In this document: positions 43,505-46,685 of the stretch, one piece after another
Numbering within the stretch: position 1 is the first letter of the stretch
Layout of the letters: every line of letters starts with the position of its first letter
Virus record (IMG/VR): IMGVR_UViG_3300033562_000494
Span: 1-46,685 of that record
Direction: 5' to 3' (one strand)
DNA from: a virus
Lineage: Duplodnaviria > Caudoviricetes
Length of the DNA: 46,685 nt
Translations under genes and position numbers: made by a program
The notes under the pieces: model-generated
The model's database searches: none
What the model was told of the DNA's origin: nothing
Seen by the model: the letters and a program-made list of their open reading frames with translations, nothing else

Positions 43505-45478
43505 ATGCCTAAGGCACAGTATGACATCACGGCTCAACAGCGTGGAACCAATCAAGACCAACCGATAACATGGAAAGCAAGCGAAACGATAGGAACCGCA
43601 AAGCTGCTCGCCATTGATGCTTCGGGCGCACCTACGCTCGTTAATATCCCGACCTCGACTGTAATCAATGTCAACTTCGAGAAAACATTGTTTGTCAACC
43701 CTACGGCTCCTAATGCGACCGACACTCGTTCGGGAAATGCCGCTGACAAATACGATGCGAACTACCCGTTCGTTACGATGGAGGCTGCTATGAACGCAGC
43801 AGTCACAGGAGACAACCTGTTTATTGGTGGTGGCGACTACACTTGGACGCTCACCGCAGCTAAAGACTACTCGGCGAAAGTCGTTGATTGGCACTTCGGC
43901 GCGGGGACTAGCTTCACAGTGGCGGGCAGTTACGCGCTAACCCACAACGGAGATGTTTATGGGGATTGCGGGGCGTTCACCGTTACCGCTCCTGCCTATA
44001 CTAATGAAAAACTAGGGGGAGCCAGTTTCTCCGCAGACTCCTTAGTTGCTAACGGAGCTTTCACGCTCACAGGCGGTAAAATCGCCTTGAGGGGAAATCT
44101 TTCAGGAACAGGAGAAGTTCTAGCAACTAAGCTCACTTGTGCCAACATCACAGGGACATCGAGTTTAGGACTTTCAATCTCAGATGTTAGCTGTTACGAC
44201 ATCACTTCGCCTACATGGGTGATTGATGCTACGATCAACTGTCACAACATTACGGAAGTGAACGGTGACACTAATACTTATCCTTTTCTTATGATCAATG
44301 CGAGCGGTGTTATTGGTAACATTGATAACCTAGAGGGGTTGAACCTTGTTGCCTACTCTGTGGGGAACATCAGCGATTCAGACGCTATGTTAGGCAGCGT
44401 TGTTATAGACTCTCAAAATTCGATAGGAACTATCTCTGCCCAAACCGCAATCTCTATTATTACAGCTAAGTGCGGAAACACTTGCGGCAACATCTCGCTC
44501 GGCGTAGATGCAATTTGTGTAGTGAAGCTCATCGGCGGCGACTTTGGTAATGTTGGCAACGAGAACTTCGGAGCAGCTTCGGTCAATTACGCTTGTGAAA
44601 GCGTGGGAGATGTTTATGCACAATCTCACTCTGGAAAAGTTGATTCGGCTGGCAACTTGCTTGGCATTGCTGCCTCTAGCATTGAGGCAGCAACCGTTTC
44701 AAAGTTTAGTGCAAACTCGGTAACGCGGTTAGACACAAAGAATGTCTCAAACTCCAGAATCGAAACTCTCGGAACTCTGAACATCTCGGATATTTCGGCT
44801 GCGCCGACCATCAAACTTGAATGCAACCGAATCACCAATCCCGTTGCGGTTGATTTTACGAACGGAAACCAAAGCGGAGCGTCCATTGACATCTCCGCAA
44901 AATACATCGGCGGCTATGTCACGGCTGGTCAAGACAACAACCAGGACGCACACACTGTGGTTTTGCGCGGGGCGGCTATCGCGGCTCAACCCGTCTTGGC
45001 TCCCGGATGCGCATTGCACCTCTACAACTGCTACATCAAGAGTTCTCAGACAACGGCTCTTGGAGTTGACTACTCCCCAGCAGACGAAACCAGCATCTTC
45101 GCTACGGTGACTCGTGAGCGTTCGGCTACGCATTGCACCCTTGAGCTTGCAGACGCTTCCACCTTCACGGCTGGGGACAAAGTGAGCGTGAGACTCACAG
45201 GCGGGACGGGCTACAACTCAGCAATCGGAACTGACATCGAGGACGGCATCGTGACGCTGACCGCCGCCGATGCGACTACGATAACCTACCTAGCAACGAG
45301 CGGCTCCACGCCAGAAGCCAACACCGCAGATGTTGGTGGGCAGGTGTATAAAGCCGTTGAAAATGTCTCGGTGCGTGCTTACCAAGGCGCGACTGACAAG
45401 CCTCTGTATAGCGCGTGTGTGGTTGGATTGATTGACTCGTCCAACACAATCTACGACGCTGACATGCTTCCAGTCTAA
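43505..45478 (+). CDS. Putative tailspike/beta-helix virion protein
   Basis: PFVTMEAAMNAAVTGDNLFIGGGDY beta-helix cap motif followed by GNI-type repeats; AAGGAG RBS. Confidence 0.65.
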   Translation: MPKAQYDITAQQRGTNQDQPITWKASETIGTAKLLAIDASGAPTLVNIPTSTVINVNFEKTLFVNPTAPNATDTRSGNAADKYDANYPFVTMEAAMNAAVTGDNLFIGGGDYTWTLTAAKDYSAKVVDWHFGAGTSFTVAGSYALTHNGDVYGDCGAFTVTAPAYTNEKLGGASFSADSLVANGAFTLTGGKIALRGNLSGTGEVLATKLTCANITGTSSLGLSISDVSCYDITSPTWVIDATINCHNITEVNGDTNTYPFLMINASGVIGNIDNLEGLNLVAYSVGNISDSDAMLGSVVIDSQNSIGTISAQTAISIITAKCGNTCGNISLGVDAICVVKLIGGDFGNVGNENFGAASVNYACESVGDVYAQSHSGKVDSAGNLLGIAASSIEAATVSKFSANSVTRLDTKNVSNSRIETLGTLNISDISAAPTIKLECNRITNPVAVDFTNGNQSGASIDISAKYIGGYVTAGQDNNQDAHTVVLRGAAIAAQPVLAPGCALHLYNCYIKSSQTTALGVDYSPADETSIFATVTRERSATHCTLELADASTFTAGDKVSVRLTGGTGYNSAIGTDIEDGIVTLTAADATTITYLATSGSTPEANTADVGGQVYKAVENVSVRAYQGATDKPLYSACVVGLIDSSNTIYDADMLPV

Positions 45479-45494
45479 CAGCTAATCAAAACAA

Positions 45495-45526
45495 CTCCCC
45501 TCTTGCAGTATAGAGGGGAGAATTTT
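45495..45526 (+). terminator. Hairpin, possible terminator
   Basis: CTCCCCTCT-tgcagtat-AGAGGGGAG followed by AATTTT. Confidence 0.55.
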
Positions 45527-45536
45527 GGAGAGAGTT

Positions 45537-46685
45537 ATGATTGAAGCAAATGATGGTATTTGGAGTAAGCGAAATTCTGACAACACTTCTGACGAGCGGG
45601 TAGCCGTTAAAGATGTTGACGGAAAGTTTTTGAAGTTCGGCGCTAACGGCGTTCCTCTTGCTTCCAACTACGGAGATAGCGATATTCTTGTGAAAGAAGC
45701 GGGAGTCCTCACGCAAGGCGAATACGGGGTGACGGAGCAAGTCGAATGGGATATTGCAGAGAAAGGATGGCGTGCCATTCTTGATCTGGAATATGTCAAC
45801 GGAGTTTCCAATCTCGACAACTACCTCTTTTTCATCAACGCCGCTTCTGGCGCAACTTACGAATTGCTAGTGCGGAATGTCAGCGGCACGACTTCGGTCA
45901 ACTTGATTCTTGGCGGGAATGACTACAACCTTTTGACAGGAGCAACCGCAGAAACATTTTCGCTTGCTCCAAACAAGGTTATCACGATCAAGCTTTCATG
46001 TGACGGACTCAATTTTTATTATGTCTGGAATGATGGGATTATGCCCAAAGCCACGGCAAGCGATTCTACGAAAATTGCCACGATTGATGCAGAGGGCAAA
46101 GTAGTCGAAAGCACCGAAAAGTTAGTAGGCCGACTTGTTAGCCAAGCTTCCCACGGTTTTGTTGCGGGAAATGTTCTCTATTTGAACGGGGGCGTCTGGA
46201 CAGCCGCCCAAGCCGACACAGGCGCAAAAGCAGAAGCCGTCGGGGTTGTAGAGAGTGCCACCACAAATACTTTTATCCTTAAACGGACGGGAGAAAGTAT
46301 CACGCTTTCTGGCTTAACAGCAGGAGCCATAGCTTACTTGTCCCAAACGACCGCAGGAGCTTTCACTTTCACGGAACCAACTTCGGGCATTTCCAAGCCT
46401 ATTTTGATCGCAGAAAGCACCACAGTTGCAACCGTTCAAATCATGCGTGGCGTTGACCTTTCCACAAGCTCCATCGGGGGTAAGCAGACAATTAGCATGA
46501 ACGCTGGCGGGATGACCTCACAAAACACAAACGGAGCCGCCGCAGGTAGCATAGAGCTTGCTACGAACAAGCAGATGATTGTATCTTTTGACTTCGATGC
46601 GGCTACCATTGAATATATCCAGTTTAGCGCAGTTATGCCGAAGTCTTGGGATGTCGGAACCTTTACCGCTTTCTTTGTTTGGAGC
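45537..46685 (+). CDS. Putative tail fibre/virion protein, 3'-truncated (absent from the ORF track)
   Basis: GGAG RBS; MIEANDGIWSKR... open for 383 codons to the window end; SHGFVAGNVLY...AQAD...EAVGVV and FDFDAATIEYIQF...MPKSWD motifs. Confidence 0.8.
   Translation, partial: MIEANDGIWSKRNSDNTSDERVAVKDVDGKFLKFGANGVPLASNYGDSDILVKEAGVLTQGEYGVTEQVEWDIAEKGWRAILDLEYVNGVSNLDNYLFFINAASGATYELLVRNVSGTTSVNLILGGNDYNLLTGATAETFSLAPNKVITIKLSCDGLNFYYVWNDGIMPKATASDSTKIATIDAEGKVVESTEKLVGRLVSQASHGFVAGNVLYLNGGVWTAAQADTGAKAEAVGVVESATTNTFILKRTGESITLSGLTAGAIAYLSQTTAGAFTFTEPTSGISKPILIAESTTVATVQIMRGVDLSTSSIGGKQTISMNAGGMTSQNTNGAAAGSIELATNKQMIVSFDFDAATIEYIQFSAVMPKSWDVGTFTAFFVWS

Noticed and set aside
38080-46685. Diversity-generating retroelement or invertible fibre cassette
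   Set aside because: No reverse transcriptase, invertase or near-identical template/variable repeat pair was seen in the window.
1-46685. Alternative genetic code or stop-codon reassignment
   Set aside because: Genes are long, intact and tightly packed under the standard code.

Overview
This window is a 46.7 kb segment of a tailed dsDNA phage (siphovirus-type); every credible gene lies on the + strand. Positions 1-10.2 kb hold small early/middle genes: a degenerate HNH-AP2 protein, an acidic protein, a MoxR/RavA-like AAA+ ATPase paired with a vWA protein, and a repeat-rich non-coding region at 1.1-1.65 kb. The rest is a morphogenesis operon: large terminase with two LAGLIDADG inteins, portal, scaffold, major capsid, neck, tail tube, tail chaperone with a -1 frameshift, a 2081-aa tape measure, lambda-like M/L/K/I/J tail tip and at least five fibre/spike-like genes, the last running off the end. 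Three features stand out. (1) The J-like central tail fibre starts with two tandem endonuclease-free Hint (intein-like) domains, each followed by Gly8-Lys rather than Cys/Ser/Thr. (2) An 18-bp palindrome (consensus TAATTTAG-NN-CTAAATTA) occurs at least 20 times, at gene junctions and inside long genes. (3) One ~60-80 aa domain appears four times across three virion proteins. No integrase, polymerase, lysis gene, tRNA, CRISPR array or reverse transcriptase was recognised. All protein calls come from motif reading and synteny; no database search was run, and the host is not identifiable from this window.
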